NCBI RefSeq assembly: GCF_001194135.2
Contig: NC_068982.1
Location: forward strand, 34,638,099 to 34,684,578
DNA: 46,480 bases
Reading direction: 5' to 3'
From: Octopus bimaculoides
Taxonomy: Eukaryota
Position 1 is the first letter of the stretch. Each line of letters begins with the position of its first letter. A model generated the notes under the pieces. It was not told the origin of the DNA and did no database searches. It was given only the letters and a program-made list of their open reading frames with translations. The translations under genes were made by a program, and so were the position numbers. This document shows positions 46,000 to 46,480 of the stretch, in pieces.

Positions 46000-46480
46000 A
46001 GAGCAGTGGCGGAGGCGGTGGTGATACGGTGATGGTATTTGCGATGGTGGCGGGTGCGTGGGAGGTAGTAGTAGTGGTGGTAGTGGTGGTGGTGGTGGTG
46101 ACGGTGGGGTGGGGGTTTGAAAGTGATGGTTTCGGTGTTGGTGATCGTTGTGGTAACGGTGAAGATGATAATTATGGCAGTGAAGTTGTTGATGGTACTT
46201 GTGATGGTGGTGGTGGTGGTGGTGGCAATGGTTGTAGTGATGGTATTTAAGATGGTGGAGGACAATGGTGGGTGATGGTAAGTTGATAGTGGTAGTAGTG
46301 GTGGTGGTGGTGATGATGGAGGTAGGGATGGTGTTGGTGCTGGTGGTGTTAGTGGTAGTGTTGGTGGTGGTGGTGCTGATGTCAGTAGTGATGGTTTTGG
46401 TGGAGTCGTTGCTGTTGGTGGTGGTGTTGGTGGTGGTGTTGGTTGTGGTGGTGTTGGTGGTGGTGGTGTTGGTGGTGGTG
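46000..46480. repeat. Degenerate (GGT)n trinucleotide low-complexity tract running off the window end
   Basis: ggtggtggt with gat/gtt/agt variants. Confidence 0.9.

Noticed and set aside
45852-46265. Thr/His-rich 137-aa ORF suggesting a mucin
   Set aside because: It is a translation of the degenerate (GGT)n tract, with no splice or signal-peptide context.

Overview
Repeat-saturated, AT-rich eukaryotic DNA from a gapped draft assembly (14 N-gaps, about 4.4 kb, most bordered by microsatellites). The SINE families and microsatellite density look like an octopod cephalopod (Octopus); this is recognition by eye, not a database result. No complete protein-coding gene can be supported. Almost all ORFs in the supplied track are microsatellite or N-gap artefacts. 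The recognisable coding remnants all come from transposons: CR1 RT (x2), R4/Dong RT and its restriction-like endonuclease, a Tx1/L1 3' end, a Gypsy integrase C-terminus, a Penelope GIY-YIG, a mariner HTH and a Helitron STPR repeat. There are also more than 20 tRNA-derived SINE copies and several MITEs. The strongest signal is three type I hammerhead ribozyme motifs of unrelated sequence, all on the + strand (14799-14846, 21294-21348, 30039-30081). Two of them cap long imperfect rod-like hairpins and are followed by strings of small hairpins, a retrozyme-like architecture. Other notable observations are two local templated-insertion events, a perfect 42-bp-arm fold-back, a pre-miRNA-like hairpin, a candidate 9-nt microexon, and a hairpin spacer that is flipped between two paralogous Helitron modules. 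Isolated exon candidates on both strands are reported at low confidence. All alignments and folds were done by eye.
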